Notes: generated from the letters alone by a model not told the origin. A DNA stretch of 63,999 nucleotides, filler included, from Candidatus Woesearchaeota archaeon (GCA_003650545.1; 3 parts of 3 records of this genome joined end to end with filler, not necessarily neighbours in it); one strand, 5' to 3'. Shown: positions 20,524-30,954, numbered from the whole stretch's first letter. Translations and numbers: made by a program.

Positions 20524-23500
20524 TTATTCTAACTTTTTAGACCGTTTCATAAGCTCTTTAAATTTAGCGTCGAGATCTTCTTCTTTTTTCTTCGATTCTG
20601 CTGGCTTAGTTTCTGTAACAATTTTTTTCAACCTAGAATAGTTTATCAGAAATATAATAAAAACAGTGCCAATCACTGTTATTACGATGTAAGCGAAAGT
20701 ATTTGATTTTATAAACACAAATAAGATCATACTAATTTTGATTAGTTCTTTTTTAGCTTTACAAAGTGCAGACTTTATTTTAGTTCCTAAAGTTACTTTT
20801 GGCATCTCAACAATCTCTGGTTTTTCTACTGCAACCAGTTTTTCTTCTTCGATGAGTTCTTCTTCAACCTCTTCTAAAACTTCTGGTATTTCGAGAACAC
20901 AGTCTTTTGTGTTAATTCTATCAGCCAAATGACAACTTCCAACATCATGGCAAACCCTTGTTTGTATATTATCTATACACTCGCTCCATTCTTCGCACTC
21001 CCATTTAGGATAGCATGATGTGCTTCTTACTCTTCTTGAAGTGGTTGTTGATGTTGTGGGTGTTGTAGGTGTTGGTGTTGTTGGTGCTACCTCATCCCCA
21101 AATACTCCAAAACTACTGAAGCTTGTAACATCTGCCCAAATATAATTATTATCAGTGTCAACCCCTCCTGGTGTTAATTCTTCCCAGGAGTTTGTTCCGG
21201 TGTTCCACTTGTACAGCCTTAATGTATCCTCATCTAAATTTTTTGTGTTGACCTCATCGTCAGTGTAATATACTTTTATTGTGGCAGAAGTTATCTTACC
21301 CTGCAAATCAGGGTTTGATATTATATCTATGAATTTACCAAGTTCTGTTTTTAAGCTAACACCTGTACCTTGTGTGTTGTTTGTGTAGCGTATTATATAC
21401 AAATAACCAGTTGAATCAGCATTTGTTGTTATACTTAGCAAGACACTTACAGTAGAAGTTGCGTCAATATCTTTTTTAACATTTGCTGTAAAGCTTTCTG
21501 CCTCGTTTGAATATGCGCTCTGATCAACTGGTTCTGTCAAAGCATAACTGCAACCATCCAATAATTCTGTTATGCTTGGTGCAAAATAATTACTAATTCC
21601 ATTTACACAGAATTGAGAATTTGCTCCGGCATCATATATTCCTGTACCTTTGAAATTGTTTAGCCAAACCCTCGTGTTAGAAGCAGAAGCCTCTATTAAC
21701 AGATCATTACCAGTATCAGAATGACTCATGTTGTTCTCTGTTATGTTATCATTTGTGCTATTTGTTACAATTATCTCTGCACCATAACCAAAACCCGCTG
21801 AATACCTATTATCATGAACATTATTGCCTTTTATAATGTTACCATCACTTAGACTGTTGGGAACTCCAAGAACAGTTAGATTACCTATAATGATTCCTCC
21901 TATTGTGTTATTATAGACTGTGTTATACAGGATATCATTGTTTCTTACAAACCCAAGTAATGATATTCCGGCTGCAGTATGGCTATCTTTCACAGTGTTT
22001 CGAATCACAGTATTGTTCTCTGCAAAAGCCATAAAACCATGTATTACGATTCCTGTCAATGCAGACGATATCGTGTTTCCTTCAACCCAGGAATCGCTTG
22101 TTGTTATGTTTATCCCTGAATTCGAAGTATTTTCAATATAATTAAAGGATACGTTAGATCCAATCTCTTTACAACTTATACCAATACCAATTACATCATG
22201 AATAGAATTGTTGAACACAATGTTTTTATATGTTACATCAATTGCAGCTTTTCTAGGGTCTCCAGAATCACCTGTGATTTCACAATTCATTATTGTATTA
22301 TTTATCTTTCTATAAATCACTATACCTTCTCCTCCTGCCATTGATATTTTATGACCATCACAATTCAGAATCGTGTTGTTTGAAGCTATATCAACGCAAT
22401 TTCCTGCAGAGTTAACATCAGCTCCTAACATTACCTTAGCACCATTAGTGTCAACCAGAGCATCGCAACTGGTGCAACTCCCACAATAGTCATAGCTCTG
22501 ATCAAAAGGTTTGCTTGCAACACCGCAGCTGCCATTTACAACATTTGCTCGAGGAACTGAAGAAGAATAATAATTACCGATATTGTCGATGCACCATTCT
22601 GTGTTTGTGCCTAAATCTAAAGAACCATTTCCATAAATATTATTTTGCCAGATTTTTGTATTGACACTTGTGCTTATGTTGATGTCTATGACACCATTAT
22701 TCAGATCATTCTTTGAAATATTATTATTGTGAGATTGCGATAGATGTATGCCAGCATTAAGACTATTGGTTATATTATTTCTTTGGATTTTGTTGTTATT
22801 ATTGTCTCCAACACCAGGACCACCAGGTCCCATCTCAGAAAGTATCACCCCGTTACAACTTTCTGTAATCATGTTATTTGATATGATATTATCATCACAG
22901 TCATTAGCTATATATATTCCTCCCCAGCATCTCCAAAATATTTGTAGTGATGCATTTGTTATATGATTATTGCTTATATTGTTATTTGAAGAATTGACAA
23001 GCAAGATGCCAATTACCACATCCCGACATTTTATATCATAAATATAGTTGTTATTCGAATCTTTCTCAAGAGAGACACAACTCACCAGATCACTACCATT
23101 TATATCATGTATAATGTTTCCAGTTCCCCCCTCTATTTTAACACCCCCCATATGTAAGCCTGATTGCTCAATGTCAGAATCATGAACCTGGCTGTTATCA
23201 ACTCCATTCAAACTAATCTGATTTTCAAAATTTTTTATTTTACAATATCTTATGGTTTCGTTATCATGGTTCTCAATTTTCACACCATCTCCAGTGTTAT
23301 CATCGCTATAAATAATGTGGTTATCACAGTCTAAAATAACATTGTCTGCTCCAACAAAAATACAACCATTAGTTCCATTTATGTTCGCTCCCAACATTAC
23401 CTTAGCACCATTAGTGTCAACCAGAGCATCGCAAGTGGTGCAACTCCCACAATAGTCATAGCTTAGATCAAAAGGTTTGCTTGCAACACCGCAACTGCCA

Positions 23501-24543
23501 TTTACAACATTTGCTTGAGGAACTGAAGAAGAATAATAATTACCAATATTGTCAACACACCAGTTTGTGTTTGTGCCTTGATCAAAAACACCATTGCCAT
23601 AGATGTTGTTTATTCCAACATAATTATTTGTTGATAAGGAATCTGATATATTTATATCATAATAGCCCAATGCAGTATTAAAAAAATCATTTTTTGTTAT
23701 GTTCACATTTGTTGAATTAATTATCATGATCCCATCTTTTCTATTATAAGAAATGTTATTGCCAACAACCTTTATATTATCATGACTAGCAACCCCAAAA
23801 AAAATTGTACCAAACTCTATTCCATAAGTGTTGTTTGTGATGGTGTTTCCTGAGATGTTTGAATTTTTAACACTTAAACCAAATTCAATACCAGAACCAG
23901 TATTATCAAAAATATAATTATTATAAAAATAATGACCGATTCCTCCTATAAAAAGAATTCCTCTATTACTTCTAGAAATATTATTTTCTATTACACGTGT
24001 ATAATTGTGTCCAAATGTAAGAATACAAGCTAGGCTACCGCAATCCCAAAAAGTATTTCTATAATAAGTTGCATTGTCCATCTCTCCACCAACACCTCTA
24101 GAACTAAAATGGAACAAAGTGTTGTTATAAAAATAACCCAATATTGGACCATTACTAGATTCAATGCCAATTTCAAAATCATGTATAACGCAATTCTTAA
24201 CAGTTAGGTTATTCTTATTATTGATGTGTATGCCAGCACCATTAGAATAGTCTCCACTTATGCTGTGCCCTTGACAATCAATAACAACATTGTATGCACC
24301 AACATCAATGCAGGTGCCGGTACTTATGTTTATATCATTAGCAAGCTTAACATACGTCCAGTTAATATCTGCTTTAGTATCACAGTCAGAACAATTATAG
24401 CAAAGTGTTGCTTTCACATTTACATCATTATTGTCTTTTATGATGTGTCCTGTGATGCTCGATTTAACAAGAATAGAAACTGATATTGCAACCAATAGAA
24501 CAATCACAATAGTAACAAGCCATACTACCTCTTTTTTTATCAT
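20524..24543 (-). CDS. Large cell-surface right-handed beta-helix (NosD/CASH-like) protein with C-terminal TM anchor
   Basis: N-terminal TM, three Asn/Ile/Gly-rich beta-helix modules, SFSSFGV domain, Thr/Pro linker, Cys-rich CYPKWECEEWSEC module, C-terminal TM. Confidence 0.88.
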   Translation of the reverse strand: MIKKEVVWLVTIVIVLLVAISVSILVKSSITGHIIKDNNDVNVKATLCYNCSDCDTKADINWTYVKLANDINISTGTCIDVGAYNVVIDCQGHSISGDYSNGAGIHINNKNNLTVKNCVIHDFEIGIESSNGPILGYFYNNTLFHFSSRGVGGEMDNATYYRNTFWDCGSLACILTFGHNYTRVIENNISRSNRGILFIGGIGHYFYNNYIFDNTGSGIEFGLSVKNSNISGNTITNNTYGIEFGTIFFGVASHDNIKVVGNNISYNRKDGIMIINSTNVNITKNDFFNTALGYYDINISDSLSTNNYVGINNIYGNGVFDQGTNTNWCVDNIGNYYSSSVPQANVVNGSCGVASKPFDLSYDYCGSCTTCDALVDTNGAKVMLGANINGTNGCIFVGADNVILDCDNHIIYSDDNTGDGVKIENHDNETIRYCKIKNFENQISLNGVDNSQVHDSDIEQSGLHMGGVKIEGGTGNIIHDINGSDLVSCVSLEKDSNNNYIYDIKCRDVVIGILLVNSSNNNISNNHITNASLQIFWRCWGGIYIANDCDDNIISNNMITESCNGVILSEMGPGGPGVGDNNNNKIQRNNITNSLNAGIHLSQSHNNNISKNDLNNGVIDINISTSVNTKIWQNNIYGNGSLDLGTNTEWCIDNIGNYYSSSVPRANVVNGSCGVASKPFDQSYDYCGSCTSCDALVDTNGAKVMLGADVNSAGNCVDIASNNTILNCDGHKISMAGGEGIVIYRKINNTIMNCEITGDSGDPRKAAIDVTYKNIVFNNSIHDVIGIGISCKEIGSNVSFNYIENTSNSGINITTSDSWVEGNTISSALTGIVIHGFMAFAENNTVIRNTVKDSHTAAGISLLGFVRNNDILYNTVYNNTIGGIIIGNLTVLGVPNSLSDGNIIKGNNVHDNRYSAGFGYGAEIIVTNSTNDNITENNMSHSDTGNDLLIEASASNTRVWLNNFKGTGIYDAGANSQFCVNGISNYFAPSITELLDGCSYALTEPVDQSAYSNEAESFTANVKKDIDATSTVSVLLSITTNADSTGYLYIIRYTNNTQGTGVSLKTELGKFIDIISNPDLQGKITSATIKVYYTDDEVNTKNLDEDTLRLYKWNTGTNSWEELTPGGVDTDNNYIWADVTSFSSFGVFGDEVAPTTPTPTTPTTSTTTSRRVRSTSCYPKWECEEWSECIDNIQTRVCHDVGSCHLADRINTKDCVLEIPEVLEEVEEELIEEEKLVAVEKPEIVEMPKVTLGTKIKSALCKAKKELIKISMILFVFIKSNTFAYIVITVIGTVFIIFLINYSRLKKIVTETKPAESKKKEEDLDAKFKELMKRSKKLE
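22421..23578. repeat. About 190-bp direct repeat (22421-22612 and 23387-23578) at module junctions of the beta-helix gene
   Basis: Near-identical DNA encoding GNYYSSSVP..NVVNGSCGVASKPFD.SYDYCGSCT.CDALVDTNGAKVMLGA, offset 966 bp. Confidence 0.9.
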
Positions 24544-24610
24544 AACTTTGAGGAGAAAGGTATACTAATATATAAACTTTATTATTTTGTAAGTATATAT
24601 AAAAACTTTA

Positions 24611-25711
24611 TTATTTTGTAAGTTTAAATTTTTTTATCACAATCTTATTTTTATCAGCTGTTATCACAAATTCATCGTCTTCATTAAAACTAGTAATCTT
24701 TGTAACGACCTCTGGTAATAAAATACGTTCACCTCTAAACTCTAGGTTAGTAAAAAGCTCGTTTAGTCTCTCTATTTTCTTGCCAGACTGTTCAAATTCT
24801 AGATCCTTCATAATCCTACCAGCTTCTGCTTCTTTCTCTTTGCTCATGCGCTCTTTTGTTTTTTTTGCAAGGAATTTTGCAATTTCATCAGCCACATCTA
24901 TTTTGGTTGCTTCGGTTACTCCAGGTAAACCAGGGCTTATGTTAACCTCCAGAACAAATGGTCCTTTTATGCTTTGTAGAATATCCACACCACAGATGTC
25001 AGCGCCAATAGCCTTTGCAGCTTTTATAGCTATCCTTCTTGTGTATGCATCTAGCTCTATTCTTTTGCCAGAACCACCAGAATGAATATTTGCACGTTCT
25101 TCTCCAGGGGCAGCTATTCTTTTCATCGCTGCAACAACCCTATCGCCAACTACAATTGCTCTGATATCAGTTCCTTGTGTATCAATATATTCTTGGATGA
25201 TGAATGGCTGGCTAAGTGCAACAAGAGCATCTAGTATTGAAGTTGCAGAATTAAATGAATCCGCAAACATCACTCCTTTTCCGTGTGTTCCTTGCAGAAA
25301 TTTCATTATGATAGGATAATTAACATTCTCTAAGATCTTCCTAGCAGCTTCTTTTGTGGCAGCGATATAGGTTTTAGGCATAGGTATGTTATGCATTTGT
25401 AAGTCCAATTGTGTTAGCAGCTTATCATGAGCTATTGTGAATGCACTATGTTTTACAGGCATATAACAGTTGCGTTCGTATGCAACAGTGATGGCATTCA
25501 GCACAGAGGCATACCTAAAACTACCTTTTGCATAAATACAATCGTATTTATTTAGATGTTTACCTTTATATAAAATTTCAGGTTTCGTTGGTGTCAGATT
25601 AACTTCCAGTTCACGGATGTCTATTGCATCAACATCGTCAAAGTATTTCTTCATTGCTTCAAGTGTCCACTTAGAAGATACACTTCCCTGGCTTATTAGT
25701 GCAGCATTCAT
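24611..25711 (-). CDS. rimK: RimK-family ATP-grasp alpha-L-glutamate ligase with small C-terminal domain
   Basis: HDKLLT, GTHGKGV, IIQEYI, DIRAIVVG, RANIHSGG, GVDIL, LEVNISPG. Confidence 0.9.
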   Translation of the reverse strand: MNAALISQGSVSSKWTLEAMKKYFDDVDAIDIRELEVNLTPTKPEILYKGKHLNKYDCIYAKGSFRYASVLNAITVAYERNCYMPVKHSAFTIAHDKLLTQLDLQMHNIPMPKTYIAATKEAARKILENVNYPIIMKFLQGTHGKGVMFADSFNSATSILDALVALSQPFIIQEYIDTQGTDIRAIVVGDRVVAAMKRIAAPGEERANIHSGGSGKRIELDAYTRRIAIKAAKAIGADICGVDILQSIKGPFVLEVNISPGLPGVTEATKIDVADEIAKFLAKKTKERMSKEKEAEAGRIMKDLEFEQSGKKIERLNELFTNLEFRGERILLPEVVTKITSFNEDDEFVITADKNKIVIKKFKLTK

Positions 25712-25836
25712 CTCTAACCCTTTTTTATATCATAAACCTTTGATTCTAAATCTTGATCCTTATTAATTTTTTTACTAATTCTTACTAATTCTTACTTACT
25801 AATTCTTATAGCTACTAATTCTTATAGCATAAATAT

Positions 25837-26190
25837 TTATCTTTTTTTAGTTTTCTTTAACGGATCTATAAGATAACCATGCTTAAGCACGTTCTGACCA
25901 AGCAGTACTTTGTATTTCATATGACTTCTATCTGCAATTGTAAATTCTTCATTTAATATTTTATCTTTGATTCTAACCTTAACCATAACCACAGGCCTTA
26001 TATGATTTCCTGAAGCAGATTTAACCCTTTTTTGTTTTAATATAGGACCAAGCTGAAGTTCTGCAGAAATTTTCACATCTACTGAACTCTTTGTAGCGCC
26101 TGTATCTACTCTAGCTAAAACCCTTTTCATCTTCCCTTTTGGACCTATGATTGTTATATATTCACTAAGCCCCAATATCTCCTTCTTCAT
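25837..26190 (-). CDS. RimK-associated retropepsin-like protease (ATP-dependent Zn protease/DUF785 type)
   Basis: ARVDTGATKSS, RPVV, IADRSHMKYKVLLG. Confidence 0.85.
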   Translation of the reverse strand: MKKEILGLSEYITIIGPKGKMKRVLARVDTGATKSSVDVKISAELQLGPILKQKRVKSASGNHIRPVVMVKVRIKDKILNEEFTIADRSHMKYKVLLGQNVLKHGYLIDPLKKTKKR

Positions 26191-26424
26191 TTGTCATCTG
26201 TTAAAAGAGCAATGTTTTTAAAGATTATGGTTGGGTTTAATCTTTCTAGCCCCCATAGCAGGATTATCTAATAAAATCTAATAAACAAGCTGCTCTCAGT
26301 TTCTTTCTAAACACTTGCTACAAGAAGATAAACAACTGATTCTACTCTTCTCTGACATAAATAGCAAAGTAACTAATTATAAGATATTTTAGGTATTTTA
26401 CTGAAGATATTTTGCTGCATTAAG

Positions 26425-28009
26425 TCATCTACTCGCTTCCCTGAATAGTTCTATAGCGCGCTCACCCAACATCAATATGAAACTAGCTAACTTAGGTCCC
26501 TGTTCTTTATTGATAAGTATCTTATATGCTGCTTTAAAGAAATCTTTATGTTTTACGCCTTCACTCTCGCAAAGCACATAAAACTCACCATGTAAATCTT
26601 TATCACTCCATGTCTTCTCTTTCAAACGCACAGCTAACTTAGAAAATATTTTTTTAATCTTTTTATCAATCACCAAGTCTACAGGTATATTTTTTTGTAT
26701 CTTGAACTTATAGTTGTCAGGAGCATATTTTTCAATCCAATTCTTAGCGCACATTGCTCTCAATCTTAATCTTTCCTTATCAAAATCATCCTCAAGGTCC
26801 TTCTCGTAATATGCAACCGCTTTATCAATATTCATGTCATACATCTGCACAACGTTTGTTAGATGCCTGAAACTTGGCTGATAAGGAATTCTGTGGCGAG
26901 GTTTGTCTACTACAGAAAGCTCATAAATCCTTGATTGCTTTTTTTTCTCTTTGTCTGTAACTTTGTCCTCACCATAATAAACACGTTCAACATGATCAAA
27001 ATCTTCATAAAGCTTAATCACTTCCTCATCAAATGCAATTGAAAATTCCGTTGCTGGCCTTGAACCTGCAAACAGCCACCTTATTATTTCTGGTTCATAT
27101 ATCTCCATCACATCACTCACTGTTGTAGCAACACCTGCAGAACTCGAGAATTGTTGTCCGCCTTTGATTTTTATCCATTCATAACGTGCAGCAGACGGTG
27201 GTTCGTAATTGTAAACAAATTTAACAATGTCTTTACATGTGTCAAAGCTACCACCCGCTGCAAAATGGTCTTTGCCTCCAGACTCAAAATCAACTTTCTC
27301 ATAATACCAACGCATTGGCCAATCAACTCTCCACAACAGTTTAATTATCCCTTTTTCTCTAATGTCAAAAGTATCTTCATGTCCACATTTACATGTATAA
27401 GTTACATTATAGCCATTATGCTCTTTGACCTTTGTTGCATCGGTGTTGCATTTCTCACAAAAAACAGAAACTGGGTACCAGTCTTTATCCAGTGGTTCTT
27501 TCCTGAACTTATTAAGGTGCTCTCTTATCATACCCTTTTTATCCATAGCCATCTTGATCTCTTCGGCATAATCACAATTTCTGTACTTCTTTGACTGATA
27601 AATGTATTCAGGAAATATGCCTAGAAGAGGCATGTCTTTCTCCATCTTTTTTTCATTTCTCTCAGCATAATTGCTGTACTCCCCAGTTGTATCTGGAACA
27701 TCAACGATTGGTTGCCTTAGATATCTCTTTAATTCGTCTCGTTTTGGCATGTTAACAGGAACTTTCCTGAACACATCGTAATCGTCCCACGAGTAAATGA
27801 AACGAACCTCTTTACCAAGTGATTTTAGAGCTCTTGCAATAAGCTCTATAGTAATAACCTCTCTAAAATTACCAATGTGTACAACACCAGAAGGAGTTAT
27901 CCCCGCTGCTAAGGTATACCTCTCTTTATCTCCTTTTTCTTTAATTATTTTTTTGGCTATCCTATCAGCCCAATGTATTACTTCTTCCTTCTTTTTTTTT
28001 TTCTGCCAT
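26425..28009 (-). CDS. lysS: Class I lysine--tRNA ligase; one-base frameshift in an A11 run after codon 3
   Basis: The frame upstream of the tracked GTG continues HWADR...GITPSGVVHIGNFRE; KLLWRVDWPMRW, GKDH, FSSSAG; ATG at 28009 is one base out of frame (1585 nt). Confidence 0.92.
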
Positions 28010-28160
28010 ATTGGCTTTCACTCTAATTAAGAAATATGACACGTTTATATATTTTGCTTGTTTGTTCTTTTAAATGCTGAAATAAAACTAGAAATAGTTA
28101 AAGTTTTTTTGCCAACTGTTATTATCGCTAACATTATTCGCTAACAATTATCATGTTTTA

Positions 28161-28331
28161 TGGGCCCAGTGGGATTTTCATAGAAAAATGCCAGACTGCA
28201 TTCCCCATTCGAACCCACGACCTTTTCACCCAGATCCCTTCTAAGGAATGCTGATCGGTTAAGAGCCGAACGCTCTACTTACCCGCTAACCAACGAAGTT
28301 GCTGGCATGCGCCAGGCTGAGCTATGGGCCC
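28161..28331 (-). tRNA. tRNA-Lys(CUU) with three introns
   Basis: Acceptor GGGCCCA/TGGGCCC, D stem GCTC/GAGC, anticodon arm TTCGG-CTCTTAA-CCGAA, T arm GTGGG-TTCGAAT-CCCAC after removing about 28311-28279, 28254-28225 and 28207-28175; 75-nt product. Confidence 0.9.
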
Positions 28332-28634
28332 ATGGTTTTGTTCTCTTTGATATCATGGATTTATTCTTGATTTAAAAATCTTTTTATACTCTTTTAAAAT
28401 TTTTTAATACACTTTTATTCAAAATCTAGATATCTACAATTTTGCATATGAACTAACCTCACTATAAACCTAACTATAAACTTAATTATAAACTAACTAA
28501 ACTAATTATAAACCAACATTATAAACTAACATTAATAAAAAACAATAAAAAATATCCCATAAAACTAAGAATGCAGTACCCTAATATACCAAATCAGGTA
28601 ACAAAAGTAGCAAATACAAACTTACATTTTCAAT

Positions 28635-29018
28635 TTACATTGTTTTTAAATGTCCAGTTATCTCATCTATTTTTTCAGCTTCATCAGGACCTATAGCACC
28701 ACACGTTATTGTTCCTGGTTCAACAACAGTCTTTCCAGCATCTGTGATAATGGTTGTTGTTAATCCAGCAGCATTAGCAGCATTTATACAATGTTTTAAT
28801 TCTTTCAAGCCACTAACCCTAAGTACAACCTTTTTCATTCCTTGCAAGCGCCACATCTTTACAATTTTTTTATTGCTCTTCAGAACAGCATCAACAGAAG
28901 CATGGGAAGATTGAGCAGCCAGTTTACCTTTTGGTAGCTTTAGATCCCCTCGCACAAGAATGACTTGTTTCAATTCCTTTTTTGCATATCTATTGAATAG
29001 CATCCCAATAACTAACAT
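28635..29018 (-). CDS. pth2: Peptidyl-tRNA hydrolase Pth2
   Basis: KQVILVRGDL, GKLAAQSSHAS, KKVVL, ITDAGKT, AIGP. Confidence 0.95.
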   Translation of the reverse strand: MLVIGMLFNRYAKKELKQVILVRGDLKLPKGKLAAQSSHASVDAVLKSNKKIVKMWRLQGMKKVVLRVSGLKELKHCINAANAAGLTTTIITDAGKTVVEPGTITCGAIGPDEAEKIDEITGHLKTM

Positions 29019-29200
29019 TTTTACGAGAAATTGAAATTGTTATATATAGGTTTTTATTATTCGTTTTTTATGTTTTTTATGTTTTTTATTCGTTTTTATA
29101 TGAACTAATGAAAAAAAAATAATAATTACAATATTGTAATAAATTTTTTAAAATGCACTGATATCAGTGCTAGCTACTAATTAATCTAATTAATCTGAAT

Positions 29201-29476
29201 TTATTGGTTGCTAGATCTTGAGGCACTACCGCTATCACCTCCAAAGTCCATTAAGAGACAAAGTATCAATGCAATGATCTGCCAGACCCCCCAGTGCCCA
29301 CCAAAGTAAGTATTTACGCATCCCACACACATTAAAGTCATTGGTGCAAAAATAAATCCTACAACCAACCAGAAAGTTGTGATCCCAGAGTTTCCAAACC
29401 AGCCTATTATCCATAATATCAATACAGCAAACCTACCAAAAAGTGCGCCAAAACAAGCTACTGCAAAGCAACCCAT
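29201..29476 (-). CDS. Small Gly/Cys-rich membrane protein
   Basis: Three hydrophobic segments; AGGAGG SD. Confidence 0.7.
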   Translation of the reverse strand: MGCFAVACFGALFGRFAVLILWIIGWFGNSGITTFWLVVGFIFAPMTLMCVGCVNTYFGGHWGVWQIIALILCLLMDFGGDSGSASRSSNQ

Positions 29477-30002
29477 AGAATCTCCTCCTTTCTAAAAGTA
29501 TTATTTGTTAATCTATCTAAAACACCAAGAAATCAAATTTTACACCTTCCACAACGGAAAAATATTTCCTTAGTTTCTGTTGGTTTTATTGTAATTTTTC
29601 ATTATCAATAAAACCTAACAAAGCTAAACCAAATACTTAAACAATGCTAACGCATTATTCAAATTTTATACTAAAGCTAAAAGCCTCTTATCTTCAAGTA
29701 GGCTAAATTAAAATTTAATATTTAGAGTGTTTAAGAAAACCATCTTCTTTATTTATAAATGTTTCTATTTTTGGTTAGCGATTAATTAGCTTATGGTTTT
29801 TTAGCTCTTTTGGATTGCTGAAGACTGAATAAAGGTTTTGGGAATTTATTGTTACTGTGCAGTAGCGAAAGATTTATATATGAGTACTATCTGTACTATT
29901 AATACTACTAATGGCGGTTTTGAAGGGAATGGCTTTTGTTCATTCTCTAAAATGAACTCCCCCAAACACTATTCCCTTCAGAACTTTTATCTAGGGATAA
30001 AA

Positions 30003-30485
30003 ATGACACCTAAAAAAATTGATTTTGAACTGTTGAACATATTCATGGACAGAGCAGCTACTAAAGCAAAAAAAGGCAGTCACAATATTTCTACAGGTTT
30101 ATCAGTTGCAGAATTTGCAGATTATGATCCTGTATCAAAACAAATTAAAATAGCATCTGGAGAATACCAGAAAGCAGTTGATAATTACAACAGCGCAATC
30201 GAAAACTTAAGAAAGATTTCTTCTTGTTTACCTGCTCCTAAATGTGTTAAATCTCCTGTATTACAACAAAGGGTTAAACTAGCCGAAATTTGTGCAGCGC
30301 GTGGTGATTATCATGACGCGTTAAGAGAACTTCAGTATGTTCTTCCAGATAATCCACTAGAGACTAACGATACTCGTAACGTTGCTTCACTATATATCGA
30401 TATAGCTGTACGTGCAGCAAATGGAAATCCCGAGAAATTAAAATTTTATAGAACAACACTCCGCAATATGTTAAGAGCAAAATGA
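30003..30485 (+). CDS. Hypothetical helical (TPR-like) protein
   Basis: ATG 30003 preferred over the tracked TTG 29838; GEYQKAVDNY and GDYHDALREL TPR-like helices. Confidence 0.6.
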   Translation: MTPKKIDFELLNIFMDRAATKAKKGSHNISTGLSVAEFADYDPVSKQIKIASGEYQKAVDNYNSAIENLRKISSCLPAPKCVKSPVLQQRVKLAEICAARGDYHDALRELQYVLPDNPLETNDTRNVASLYIDIAVRAANGNPEKLKFYRTTLRNMLRAK

Positions 30486-30600
30486 ACCCATCACTATTAG
30501 ATAGGACACTAGTATTCATCTACAAACTGTTTAATCAGACTCGTCGCGATTCATATGTTAATCGCATGTTTAAAAAATAAAAAATAATGGAGGGATACGA

Positions 30601-30726
30601 ATGATATGCAACGTATGTAACTATGAATGGACACCTCGTGTCGATAATCCAAAGTCATGTCCAAGATGTAAGAGACGCTTTGACTATGATATTGTTAAAA
30701 AGTCAAAGGATGAAATTATACAATAA
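30601..30726 (+). CDS. 41-aa zinc-ribbon microprotein
   Basis: MICNVCNYEWTPRVDNPKSCPRCKRRFD...; two CxxC; GGAGG SD. Confidence 0.72.
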   Translation: MICNVCNYEWTPRVDNPKSCPRCKRRFDYDIVKKSKDEIIQ

Positions 30727-30854
30727 AAGAGGTGATAGGCGATAGCCTATGTTTATTTATCACCTCTGTATAAGATAAACAGATAGAAAGAAAATAAAAA
30801 ATAAAAGACAAATAAAAAAAGAAATAAGGATAAATAAGAAAAGATAAATAAAAG

Positions 30855-30954
30855 NNNNNNNNNNNNNNNNNNNNNNNNNNNNNNNNNNNNNNNNNNNNTT
30901 AATTAATTAANNNNNNNNNNNNNNNNNNNNNNNNNNNNNNNNNNNNNNNNNNNN
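30855..30954. other. Assembly gap with TTAATTAATTAA linker
   Basis: N runs flanking a stop-in-all-frames linker. Confidence 0.98.

Noticed and set aside
25760..25830. Short intergenic tandem duplications (TTACTAATTC here; similar at about 1400, 6270, 18960, 28460)
   Set aside because: Low-complexity slippage repeats with different units and no regular phasing; no function supportable
29838..30002. Tracked TTG-started N-terminal part of the 215-aa ORF
   Set aside because: Spans a promoter motif and a strong hairpin; more plausibly untranslated
30855..30954. TTAATTAATTAA palindrome as a biological site (also at 61257-61268)
   Set aside because: Identical, centred in N runs, stops in all frames: an artificial contig linker
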